A stretch of 63,162 bases of DNA, counting the filler, from Perkinsus chesapeaki ATCC PRA-425 (taxonomy: Eukaryota; Protista; Perkinsozoa), in NCBI GenBank assembly GCA_013115145.1. It is 14 parts of 14 records of this genome, joined end to end, with 100 filler letters (N's around TTAATTAATTAA, not from the genome) between each part and the next. Parts side by side here need not be neighbours in the genome. Positions count along the whole stretch, not along the records: positions 25,244 to 46,679 come from JAAPAO010000594.1; 13 more parts are not named here. One strand, 5' to 3'. This document shows positions 25,244-44,198 of the stretch, piece after piece. Position 1 is the stretch's first letter, and every line of letters begins with the position of its first letter. The notes beneath the pieces are model-generated. The model was not told the DNA's origin. It saw only the letters and a list, made by a program, of their open reading frames with translations, and made no database searches. Made by a program: the position numbers and the translations under genes.

Positions 25244-25349
25244 ACTTGTTGGATGAATACGTCACTGGTGACGCGGCTACGTCACCAGGCGTGACGTGGT
25301 GAGGTCACGTCTACTCTGCCAATGGAGGGTCTCCGTGGGAGACGGTCAC
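25244..25349 (+). repeat. 106-bp inverted repeat, left copy (contig start)
   Basis: Reverse complement of 46574-46679 with one mismatch (25317). Rich in GTCAC/GTGAC motifs. Confidence 0.95.
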
Positions 25350-25678
25350 TGATTGCGTCTCACTGTCGACTGGGTTCTTTATCAGACCAGCGATGATGGC
25401 GGACCCGTCCCAACGACTTAACTGTGTAATTTAAGGTACCACGATGCAATGAACTTGGCAACTATTCCCTGCCAATAAACGATAGATATCGGGGCCTAGA
25501 TGTAAAATGTTAAGAGGCATGCAAGGTTACTCCCTCCCAGTCACTTGTGGCGCAGTCCGCCATGACGCTTCACGCGAAGTCAGCGCGCCGAGCATTCAGA
25601 TGGCGCGGGCATCGTGACGTAATCCTCAGACTGGGAGCTATTCCTGGCTGTAAACGTCAAATGTCCACTCCGGTTATT

Positions 25679-26068
25679 TCAAGTATTTCGATTCTCTGAG
25701 ATATTCGTCTTGGTGATGGGCAATCTCAAAAAGTCTGACTCGATGATAGCTTGCGCGCTCATCAATTGAGGGTAACTTGCTTTGTTCAAAACTGTGTTAT
25801 ATATCTCCTCAACTCGACTGAGTATTGTATCATATCTCGCGGTGCATGAATGTATCCACTCTAAGCAGGCTCCCGTCAATTTCAGCGGGTGAATTATCTC
25901 CATTACCGGGTTTCCTTCATCATTTCCAGGATTCAATGTTCTCACTCTGGGCCTGGCTCTGGGAGATGGTATGCGCAGTGCGCTTGAAAAAGTGTCTCGG
26001 ACTAGACGGCTGGCCACCCTTGGAGCACTGTCGTTAGTGCCTCGGTGCCAGGGTCGTAGCTTGCGCAC
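25679..26068 (-). mobile_element. Possible gag-like retroelement remnant
   Basis: KLTGACLEWIHSCTARYDTILSRVEEIY resembles the retrotransposon gag pattern LxGxAxxW...YxxLxxxLxxxY. This is recognition by eye only. Confidence 0.3.
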
Positions 26069-26445
26069 ACTGTCGTCTGCTTCACGCAGTTTCTCTTTCT
26101 TTTTACCAAGAGTGTGGTTGGGCCTGGCAGGCTGCCAGTGGCAGCTCAGCAGCTCTAGCCGTGAGAACTAGCTGATCCCTTTGGACATCGCTTCAGCTTC
26201 TCACGTTGCAACAGCGGACCTGCTTAGTCTTCGGGCTCCCGTTCATTTCATGTCTCATGACTACGATAACGCTAGCTGGCAGCTTGTACCAGCACGGCAC
26301 CGTCGAGCTCCCTCGAATCTCGCCCAATCAGCGGTTTTATCATGTAGCACTGTTGTTTAACAGGACTGTTGCTTACAACTCGTGCAAAACACTGCGCAAC
26401 TTCGTAGTGATAGAAAATAATATCTCATCATACTCTCACAAATTG

Positions 26446-28758
26446 CTATGTCAAATGTGCCGAAGATGCAGCTGGTAAGCTATCCACGGATCGCAGGTCG
26501 CCGATCATTCTATGTCTTTCCGAGGCCCCATCAAACCGGCCAGTATCAACGCGAACCATTTCACCTGTGAAGAAGAACTTCAGTATTTCAAATGATATAC
26601 ACCACCTACCACCGAACACTGGATCAAATTTAGCTTTGAAGTAGCTGCCGTCAGCACACATGATAATGACGGTGTTCGTAGTGCTCCCAAAGCATGCAAT
26701 GCAACGATAATCAGGCACCCGGAATTGAGCAAAGCTCCATTCTGAACCGAAATAGCCGCCGAAGAATCTGTGAACAAAATGCTACTAAATTGAAGGCCGG
26801 CCCACATACCTCAACTTGCTTCGTGCATTTCCACCAGAGCCTCGGGAATCTCTGCCGCTAGCTGATGAAGGGCGTACAGCAAACACGTGTACAGTTCCCT
26901 AGATCCGACATTCCCATTGAACGTTCTTATGCAGGTCACCTTATCGCTCGAGACTACTATCCATCGACTAGTAGAATGAAACACTATGGAGCATATATCA
27001 GCTCTGTCGACTCCTCGACGAAGCTCTTGGAGAAGGTATCCTGTTTCGGTATCATGAATTCTTATCAGCGTTCCCTGGGAAACAATCGTCGCCATTCAAA
27101 CCGACTCTCATGATCACTTTGTCACTAGCAGTAGCCAGTAGTGTGCCCGAGTTGTTCAGGGCCAGTTGGCTGATGCTAGAATCGTGTGCCAAGATCACAG
27201 AGGATGTAGATGGCCCCCGACTTTCAGCGGGCAAAGGCGTTGCATATACGCTTACACGGACACGTCCTGAACTCCATAATCGCTTGCGCATGCGTGCAAA
27301 TCTCCTCCTTCCCACCTTTCTGCTGCTGATTGGCCACAGTGGCCAACACGGCTCGATCCTCCCCCTGGCTGAGCGCTATAATGCCTCGAGGGTTATGAGC
27401 CGTAGCAAGGCTATCGACCAAAGTAAGGTCCGAGAACCGGTACACATATACCTGAGTTCAGAGCCTGGAAATGCCACAGGGCGAATCGCTTGACTTTGGC
27501 ATCGATCGCAACAACTATCATATCGCGCCTCAGGCGGACAGCTCTGACTGTCGTGCGGAATGACAGCTCGGCGAGCGGGCGGGGGTGCCGATCATCCTGA
27601 GAAAGAATCCCCATTGAGGCGAATAGGGAGTCTTGCTCATTAGGAAATAACCATAACAAAAAAGCGCATGAAAAACCGACAAGTGCCGCGATTAAGTGAT
27701 CTATCTATGGAGACTTCGGATGCAGAAGATGTACTGAAAATACACTGGCGACCACCGGGCCAGTTATGATGTCATCCTCCTCTGGATTAACAGCAACTCC
27801 TTTGGATTATCAACTACGGCAACCCTACTGTGTTAGCGTGTGGCAAGGGGGTTCATCATTTCAAAGGAAGGTGAGCGGTATTATGAGATTCTTGAGAGGA
27901 AGCTGGACGCTACACCCCATGCTGTTTACCCATAGGATAACTTTATGTGGAGCGAATCTTGGATTTCGCCCGCCACCTGAGATGTCAACTTCGATCAGAT
28001 ATTCTCGGTAATGCTCACCAACTAGTGCTAGTATGTTGCACCGATAAAGCATCTCGACGATACCGACACCTCCACTAGCTGCCGCTACTTGGGCTCTCTT
28101 CGAAGAGGAACTGCCGCCGCTGACGGGCTCTTCAGGCCCAGAGGGCGCCTCCTCCGGCACTTGAGGTATATCTCGGAAGCGCCGACTGAAAGCTGGCTTG
28201 AAGGGGTCCGTACTGTAGACCCTGAAACCCTCTTCTGTACCTGAAATGACCAGAGCTAGAAGCTCCCTGATTAACGAAGCCGTGGAAGAACGCCAGATTT
28301 CTGGAACCACTGGAGTCAGAATGTACTCCCTTCGCTCTAGAAGCTCATTTTCGGGCGAATTTTCAACTGCACTTTCTCCACATTAACGACACTCCTCGGT
28401 CCCCGAGTAGCACACCGTTCTGTAAGCTTGCATCACTCTCCGCTCTGAATCATGTGAGCTATCTTGATCAGGCATGAGCTGCTATTGCCTTACGTCGTGA
28501 GGTTATACGAGATTACAACAACGTTCGCAGCCTTAACGGACACTCTTCGGAGTAAAATCGGGTCAGTCGGAGCACGATTTGCAATTTCTTTCGGGTAACC
28601 AGAGCGATAAAAAGTACATTTTTCACCGGAAGGTCTTTCAACCGAATTAATGAGAATACTCAACTAAAAACGTCTGACTTACCAACGACGAAGCAGGTCT
28701 GGTCCTGGTTGATGGTGAGGTATAGGAGATCATTCAGGTGACTCGAGGACAAATCCAT
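26446..28758 (-). CDS. ATG18: ATG18/WIPI-family PROPPIN (WIPI3/4-like), multi-exon
   Basis: Spliced reading MDLSSSHLNDLLYLTINQDQTCFVVGTEEGFRVYS...GIVEMLYRCNILALVG...NPRGIIAL...AHDSSISQLALNNSGTLLATASDKGTLIRIHD...ELRRGVDRADI...SSDKGTVHVF. Contains the L/FRRG phosphoinositide motif. Confidence 0.93.
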
Positions 28759-29149
28759 TAGTGAGTAGAGCAGACAACAACAAGAGCTGGAAAGCCGAAG
28801 ATCCATGGTTCGATTCCCACCGAAAAAACCAACACACGTATCGGTAAATATCAGCCTCGTCTACGTTTTTTCTCAGTGCTGCTCTGCCGTCGAATCTGTC
28901 TCTCCACGCAGCTAGGGCATATCCACGTGCCTGAACAAATAGAGCAAGAAATGGTGACCCTCTGAGGGAGAGAACCCGCATAAAAAAGACTATATTAACA
29001 AAGGGAAAACTCTTAGGAAAACGCATTCCCTCACTGCTAGAAACCACACATAGTAAAAATATTTTTTCAGTATTTCGCGCAGCGCCATGCAGTATGATTC
29101 CGTTCAGCGTGCGAAAATTACACAACATAATTTGATAACCAAGAATCTT

Positions 29150-31370
29150 CATTTTCCTGTCCGCCAAGAACGCCTCAACTTACTGAAGTGAGCTCTCCTC
29201 GCATCTGCCTCGTTCTCCGGTGGCGGAAGTCCGTATCCTCGTCGAGCGATATAGTCCTTCGCACATCTACTTGAGAAATGCACGAGTCCGCTGTGTAGGA
29301 GGCCTACTTCGGATGCCACCATTGAACCTTGCACTTATCCCCTCTATCACAGCCGACCATATACGAGCCGTCATCCGGCTTCTTACAGACGCACCATAAC
29401 TAAGAGGCAATCAGAGCGATAGTGCTATTTTGCTTATCAGTGCTAGGATGTATAATAAAGCGTCTCAAGTAGGAAAGGTGAGCGCGAGAATGAACGCAAT
29501 CTTCAACAGAAATTCGGCAACCATATGCAGGCGGCGGCCACGGTAATATATTCTCACCTCGATCGCCGGATCTGGACTTCCAGCCGTTTCGGTGTCGTTG
29601 ATGGAGTCCGTGCCCTACAGTGAGGAATGCATGCCAGCAGTTATCACCACCTCAGGGAGACTCACTGCTTCACTCTTCGGATCGGTCGGGGATGAGGCCG
29701 CCGATGACGACGCCAATTTGACCTTCTTTGCAGCCGAAATCAATGGAGTCTCCTGAGCAATATTCATTTGCCGCATCCAAGGGACAGCTCAAGTTCTACA
29801 AAGAGATGTATTTCTGTTCAGATGTATACCTCTATCCAATTACCCTTGCCAAGAGATCACAAGCGGTCAGGGACCGAGTACACTAAATATTGCTCCGGCT
29901 TGCCGAGTTCAGAAATGCCCGGAGCTCACTCCCAGCGCTCACCATGCGCGTGATTTTCAGTACTGTCTCGAGATAGCCGATTAGGCTTATGTCAGCTGCC
30001 TCCCTTTGTCCTAAATACACTTCTCACCAAAATACACTTTTTGGTGCTGGGAAATTTCCGATAAATTTTAAAAAGGATTTTTTGGCCCTCGCCAACGTGT
30101 GTAGGTTCCTGAAGGCAAGAGTAGAGGAAGTCGATTTCCAGTCAGCACTAGCATCCCCATCGGGCCCCTTACATCTTCGATTTCACTAGTATTAGCCTCC
30201 TTCTGCTGGGCTGCTATCTGAAACGAACCGCATCTCCGAAGCGAAAGGTCCCCGGTTCGAATCCCACGGAAGGCTACCTCATCTTCCTCTATTGCAGCCG
30301 CAGTTGCCACTACCTCAGCGACCGACCGGAGCTCCATCTTGTCCTGAAATTTCATTACACCTTCCGAAGGCGACTTATCGCGGACATCTCACACACGTAC
30401 GCGAATGACAGAGCGTCGGACTTCTCCGTGGTGAAAATCTAATATACTGCCTGCCGGCGCATTAGTATAGAGTAATCAGATTTAAAATGGGATAATTGAC
30501 AAATGTTGACGTATTATCTCACTCAATGTCTCGTAGCAGATATTATACAACTAAATAGCCGTGTGCTTGCTTTACGTAAATACCCTCTGCGAGGTTCGAA
30601 CCCGCGACCTTCCGCTTTAAAACCGTATATCTTACCTCCTCAACTGTGACAAGTATTTTCTGGACGACCGCCAAAACTTCCTTCCGAAGGGACAACAGCT
30701 CGTCTTCTCCAGCCTCGATCTTTAGCAGTAACTCCGTAGCTTCGGCCTTCAATTTGTTGCTTCTCGCCGCACCAATTTCAAGATACCTGAATTATCACCC
30801 GGCAAGCTATACACCTACATTTTCTGATCAGTGTGGGAAAATGTGCACGTGGCTTGCTACATCAATAGTCGAGCTTAAGAAAAATTTGAGGAAAATATGG
30901 AAAATACCGAACAGCCAAGAACGCACTTTTCGCCCATAAGTCCCGTATAAAATGGTGAGTAAATCCGGCAAGGTCCTCACCGGTTGAGGAGGAAGAAGCC
31001 GACAGATATTCCCACACTGTTCCTGAGCAACCAAGAACGTTCTCAATATTTTTTCAATGTAATATTAATATTTATTTTATTATTCCTGTCACTTTCCTTA
31101 AATTCTCCTGCAGCAACCAGCCAGGAGCGGTATCATTTCAAAAGGACCGTACTTTGTTGTCCGTTGCCAACAACGAGAGTCATAATAACCACTCCTCCTC
31201 CGATTACCTTCTATTAGCGTCATCCAGCTCAGCTTCCACTACATCCCCCCGATGAGATAGGAAGTGTATTAAATCGAGCTCCCGCCGTATGATAGGACCG
31301 CTCACATACGTTAGATACCTGATACACTTGATCGGTCGTGAAATTTTTTTTGAAAATACCATTGATGCTT
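29150..31370 (-). CDS. Hypothetical multi-exon protein with coiled-coil segments (boundaries approximate)
   Basis: Exon-like segments with GT-AG borders, e.g. AEATELLLKIEAGEDELLSLRKEVLAVVQKILVTVEE|LYNICYETL and ELRSVAEVVATAAAIEEDE|IAAQQKEANTSEIED. Confidence 0.4.
30231..30275 (+). pseudogene. tRNA-Arg(CCG)-like 3' half filling most of a putative 60-nt minus-strand intron (30218-30277)
   Basis: CTCCGAA (CCG anticodon loop) GCGAA AGGTC CCCGG TTCGAAT CCCAC GGAAGGC. The 5' half is missing, and the GT donor sits 2-3 nt beyond the acceptor strand. Confidence 0.6.
30581..30618 (-). pseudogene. tRNA 3' half (Arg-like) inside 85-nt intron 30551-30635
   Basis: Minus strand AA GCGGA AGGTC GCGGG TTCGAAC CTCGC AGAGGGT A has an intact T arm and acceptor strand. 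There is no 5' half. Confidence 0.65.
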
Positions 31371-33199
31371 TTCTACCCAATACCACATCTAGATTTGAAG
31401 CTCAACCCAGGATATGCGAACATTTTCGGCCGTTTTTAGCCTCGTACGAACACATAAGTTAGCGGAATATCCACTCCGAAAGTGCGTTACTTTAGTTTTA
31501 TATGTTGGCGAGTAACCGGCACAAAGCATGGCATAGTTTAGTGATCCACCAGACAGGCCAACTTGCTGCGACACAGAATTCGTTCAACGAAAAATGTGAA
31601 ATCTGAGAAGCTCAGCCGTTGCAGAAAACTCTTTGATCTAGATTTAACCGGTATCCGCCCCCAGGACCCCAAGACCCCGCAGTTCCAAGAGAAGGGGAGA
31701 TCACAGCTATGCGGGAGGGATTTGCTCAAATTGCTATTTATCGGCAGCATCGTTGTCAATCAGTAAAGTGTTCGTATACCGTCCGAAAGAACCGCTGAAG
31801 TCGGGATCCAGTGATGCCCGAGCAACCTTAACTTTTCGGTGGTGACTCCAGCAATTCAGTCGCACCGAACCGGGCAGTTTCAAAGTAGCTTTCACTAATT
31901 TAGACAGCGAGAGACTGTCAGCGTTACTCGGAATAAACCTCAAAGTCTCCTACTGTCTGAATAACTCGTACTATAGCTCCGCTGGAGCTTCCAGCAATAT
32001 CTCTTACCGATCACGGAAAGGACTTTTGCTGGCAGGTTTCCTGGTGGAAGACTTAACGCCCACCAGAATCATTTAGTGTTCCTTTACCACTCTTCTCTCA
32101 ATAATTTCACGCACAATTAGCGGTATCAATTTCAGAAAAATAACACCTAGTCGATTGGAGGAATAGCAATCCCGACTCTGAATCAGCGGTGCCTGTCCCA
32201 TAGTGAGGCATACTTCTTCACAGCGTGATATTCCGGCCCGGGAATTTGACAACCGCAGTAGCCGGGAGCAGACACTCCAACAGTGATATAAACCGCTACT
32301 TTATATTTGGATAATATTCCTCACTTAATACGTTATGACATATTGAGAGCAATAAATTCACCTTTTCCCACCCCTACTACTCGCTGAGCCCATCCATAGC
32401 CAACTGTGCGTTCATCGCCGGCGCCGCACTGTCTGATGATGCCGTCATTTAAACGAAAATAAATTGCCATTAAATTGCTTCCTGTCCCCCCTCAGAAAAT
32501 TCACACTATTCAACACTACTAAGCTGAGATTAGAAATCTGCGCAAGAGTGCACGTCAGTTCTTCACTCGAATCCTTGCAAGGAATCCTGAGGCTGAGCGA
32601 GAAAGATTCATTTCAGCTCAGAATAACGACCCCTACCTGTTTTCGTGGCGCGCGAAGCCGTAATACCCGCATGAATGTACTGCAAGGGACGTCATCTTCA
32701 GGAGCGTACTGTCGGGCCAACTCGGACAGCATGAATCTGAAATCGTCCCAGTGTAAAAACCCAGCCGCCCGAGTTTCTCAGCGAGAAGGAAGATCTCAAC
32801 CCCTCAGAGTGTTCATTCATCCAGGGGCGGCCCTTCCAGTAAGCTCTCGGAGTGACGCGTCACACTGGAGATAATTCGCCCGGCATCCTTCTTCTAACAA
32901 CACTTTGCTTTAACACAGTCCTCTGAGCCATTCAAGGTAGCTATAATAAAGCAGCAGTACGGTCGCCAAAACTGTTACGATTCGGGTTTTCAGTAGTACG
33001 GAACCAAATCAGCCTCCAAAGCGTCGAATCGCGTGGGCGATCTCAAAGTAAGTGACTGCTCCACTATTTCGGAGGTAGGTTTAGCTCACTGTGCGCTTGT
33101 TGCATAACAAAATCGATGTCCCAGATTGCTCGTAGAAGAATTCACATCAAACGTATTCCCTATCGACATTTACTAACCGATACGATAAGCTGAAAACTA

Positions 33200-40361
<7,162 letters not shown>

Positions 40362-41758
40362 GTTTCCTTTTGGTCAATTAACATGCTCTCTCCCAGAATT
40401 TTCATAATATCTCCGTCATACAACGAGCATAATTCACCCAAGCTACTGCGTAAATTTACTTCGCTCGCCCAAATAATCGAAACGGTCATGACATAATGAT
40501 ATTTCTTTTCTCTCGAGACATTTGCGATACGTTTCAAATTTCGTGTTTATATTAGTCGAAATGGGAAAGTTACGACAAAAAAACTGATTTGCATAACAGT
40601 TTGGGCCACACTGTAGGTAATCCTATGATATCCTCTCTCCCCCCTTACAGATCAATAGCTATTTTGATGCTCGCCATAGGCGATATATTCTTAGCCGGTT
40701 GCAACGTCAATACAACTAACCAAACACAACATCCTGCACCCATTTCTAAGCCGATCACTACCATCCTCACGAAGCCCTATTCGGCCGCATTCTCTTTGTA
40801 ACCGATTCAAACCCAGGCGACCCTGAAAACACTCCAATCTTCGATCCTTCAAACTAAGCCTTAAATTCCCATATCAGCCAGGTTCCAGTTCTGCCGTCTA
40901 ACAATGTCCGATGGCCTGCACCGGAACTTTTTCCTTCCACGCATTTACCAGCCTGCATGGATCTCCTCAACTGGAGTCCTCCCCCCAGGCCCCGGAACCA
41001 TTAATACAGATAAGATTTCCAGAAGGTCGTGTGTCAGAATCGTCCTTTGCTTTCTCCGAATCTTATATTACTGGCCTACTCTCACTCTCAGAATGCCTGT
41101 TAGCCTCCAGTTCAGCGCTAATGTTTCCAATCCACAAACTATAGTGAAAAAACTCTACCAGAATTTTGCGGAATTTTCCCAGATTTTTTCCTTTAATAAT
41201 CCAACAATCATATTTCCGACGGGATATAGGAAACTTCACTCTGTGCTGATCAAATCCGTGTTACTTATGTTTGACGATAATTGTTAGTTGACGCCTCTCA
41301 CTGGAGTGTCACCCGTGAAAGCTGTATTTCCAAGAAGCCGATATACCCCAAATTCAACATTCGTAAAATGTGAATTATGTTTGTCACCGGCGGGTTGCAT
41401 GCCGCGAGCGAAACTGTATTTCTGATGAAGAAATGTCCAACTTATATTCATCCACATATTCCCATACCAATTAATACGAAAAATTTAAAAAGGTATTGAG
41501 AGAACAAAAAATATTCATTAGCTACTTTAATTATAAACAACTGAAAATTGAGGACATCTCAGCCGCCACGCGAGCGTATTCTGGCGAACCTCCACCTCTA
41601 GTCCAATTGGCACTACCTTCTCCATCCTGGGAATCGGTTCAAGTGTAAAACAAAAACCCTTGACTTCAACAAAACATTGGGGAAGCTGCTCAGGATGGTC
41701 AACTCCGCCTCTTGTGAGAAGCTCGCGGAAATCGGACCCTATCACACAATAGTTGAGA

Positions 41759-42033
41759 CAGCTAGAGGTGTCAGAAAGCACAGATCGTTTTAATAGCCGT
41801 TTATATATCCAGCTGATGATATCGAAGTGAACTAACGTCCCAAGGCCTCAGTTGAATTTGCTTAAAGTAACCTTACCAAAGGGAAACACCTACTGCACGT
41901 GAAACTTCCATCAGCTAGGCGTGTCAGAAAAAAGGGCGTACTAATAGTTGAGGCTTAATGATCATAACGGTCAGAAAAGCCGACCTTCGATGGAGACCGC
42001 TTCAATTATTCTCACAGCTAGAGGTGTCAGAAA
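41759..42033. repeat. Three dispersed copies of a 19-bp motif CAGCTAG(A/G)(G/C)GTGTCAGAAA
   Basis: Copies at 41759, 41912 and 42015. Confidence 0.8.
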
Positions 42034-43615
42034 AACACCCAGATTCATTATTCCCCTCTTTCATTACCATTGCAATAGATTCTATTAGTAAAAGCCAAAT
42101 CCTGGCCCGGCAGATTGTCAGCTTGTAGAGTAATAGCAGCCTTACTCGACGATGATGACGGTGGAGGAGGGGCTGAAGCACGCATTACGAAAAATACAAC
42201 TTAAACTGAATAAATCTGTCGAATCAACAAACCGGAATGTCGGAATATCGTAAACTGAATCGTCCTAGGAAATAAACTCTTGGGCGAAAGATTCAATTTG
42301 AAATTCGCTTCCTCCTCCTCACCAACACACATGCGCTGTGGAGATGCAGTGCTGTTTCGTGGTGATATTACATATACTATATAATAATATTTATATACTA
42401 TCGTCATTTTATAACAAAAAGGATATGTTTCAATGAATCATAATAATTACTGCAAGATAATACCGGGTTGAGTGATTCACGTCTTCTTCAGACCATCATT
42501 CTACCTAATTTCGAAACTCGAGGGTGAGGGAGATCAGACAAGAGTTCGTAAACAACTTCAAAGTGTGCCCGGGTTTTCGCATAATGTAAGCATTTCCCTA
42601 GCGAATACGATGTTCGGAAACCTCTATCGTCACAAGTATGTGAACTAAAGCAAAGCTCCAGTCAGAGCAGTGGATAGAATCCCGTGTAATCGATTAGCTT
42701 CTTTTGGGAGGACCTTGATGGTCACGTGTTCAGTACATGAGACTCAGTTGTTATCTTTAAGATATTAATTGTACCTCACACGTTTTCAATCTCAGTGTTC
42801 ACTAAATAATCATCGCGCGTCCAATTAGAGTAGGCTGACTAGTCATAAGTCTTATCATCGCACCTGCGCACTTGATCCTTCCTACAATGCCTCAGCACTG
42901 CTCCCCTATCCCCATGAGTCCGCAGCTAGCTCCGTTGCCTCTGTTATACAGGGTGTCCCCCAAAATTGTTCTTTTTTGAATAACTTTCTCAGGAATTCGA
43001 ATATTTTGGCGACACGCGCGGCATTCGAAAGCGTGCGGCAATCTTACTATTTCCTGGTAGCTCCACCATTTGAGATCGAGACACAGGAAAATAATTTCAG
43101 TTGAAATCGAATGATAAACTTCAGACAAACGAATACCTAGACCTCTCGATGAAGCTTTCATATTCGTTTTTTATTAGTTATATTATATCCAGCTCGACAT
43201 CTCTATCATCCCTAGGCAGCCACCAAGGTAGCAATAATATTGACGTATTGACTTTGCACACAAGAACGGTCCGGAAAGTCCTCAAGAAAGAGTCGCATTA
43301 GAGATTGTTGCCGGAGGGGGGATGGAGATAGATTAGAATGGCGTGCGCTATTACAACGCTACGTTGCACTACGCGGGCAGGCCGCTGACTACTTTACTAC
43401 GCAATAGCAATCATTGATTACCCTACGGATGGCAGCTGCCACAGAGGTTAAATACAAGCGTGTGGCTAAGCCTGCTGATGAGAATAAGAAACCAGTAAGA
43501 CGGGTTATAGGACCTCATACGGATTGTGCAATCTGTCCCCTTGCACAACGCATCTCGGTCACTATACTGAAGTATGATTTTAGAGCTTAAATTTAAACGA
43601 CTTGTCGGCAGATCG

Positions 43616-44198
43616 ATGGTTCCTAGAACCGCTTCCAAGATTCAAAATAGGTTAACTCGATGACCCCTTTCTCAGGCCGCCAATAACGAGATCCGTATAA
43701 CTTCTATTGGACGTGTTAACAACTTTGTTGATGAAGGCATCTCCATCTTCACCGGTTCCGATGGCAAGACGCAAAGCAATACTGTGAAGGTGCTTGCTAG
43801 AGGTGAGCCTTGAACCCCCCCCCTCAATTCCTCCTAATAGATCAGCGGGTGCTTTAGAGTTGGCTGCAGGTGCGTCGCTCTCCAAAGCAGTGATAGTGTC
43901 GGAAATCCTGACACGTAGAGTTCCTGGGATAAAAAAGAAAGTACCTAGAGTATTCTCTTTTCAATGGTCAAGGTTTTCCAGGTCGACCTAGGCTCAAATG
44001 ATGTCGAAGAGGAGTTCGAGCCAGTTAATGCCGACTCTCAAGCTGATCACGTGCGTAGTTTAACTGGCCGTCTCTTGCCCGCATTCCTCCTTATGACAGA
44101 TAAGTCGCGCACGAATCGTTCCCTCACTGGAGGTCACCCTCACAGTCTCGAAGCCGGTTACATCCGAAAGCATCAAGGCAGATTCTTTCGTCGAGTAA
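43616..44198 (+). CDS. Alba-domain (Rpp25-like) nucleic-acid-binding protein, multi-exon
   Basis: M|AANNEIRITSIGRVNNFVDEG...VKVLAR|GASLSKAVIVSEILTRRVPGI...RIVPSLEVTLTVSK...* matches the Alba pattern. The first exon appears to contribute only the ATG. Confidence 0.8.

Noticed and set aside
30595-30625. Reading the tRNA relic loop TTTTAAA as a UAA suppressor anticodon
   Set aside because: The anticodon stem does not pair and the 5' half is missing, so it is not a functional tRNA.
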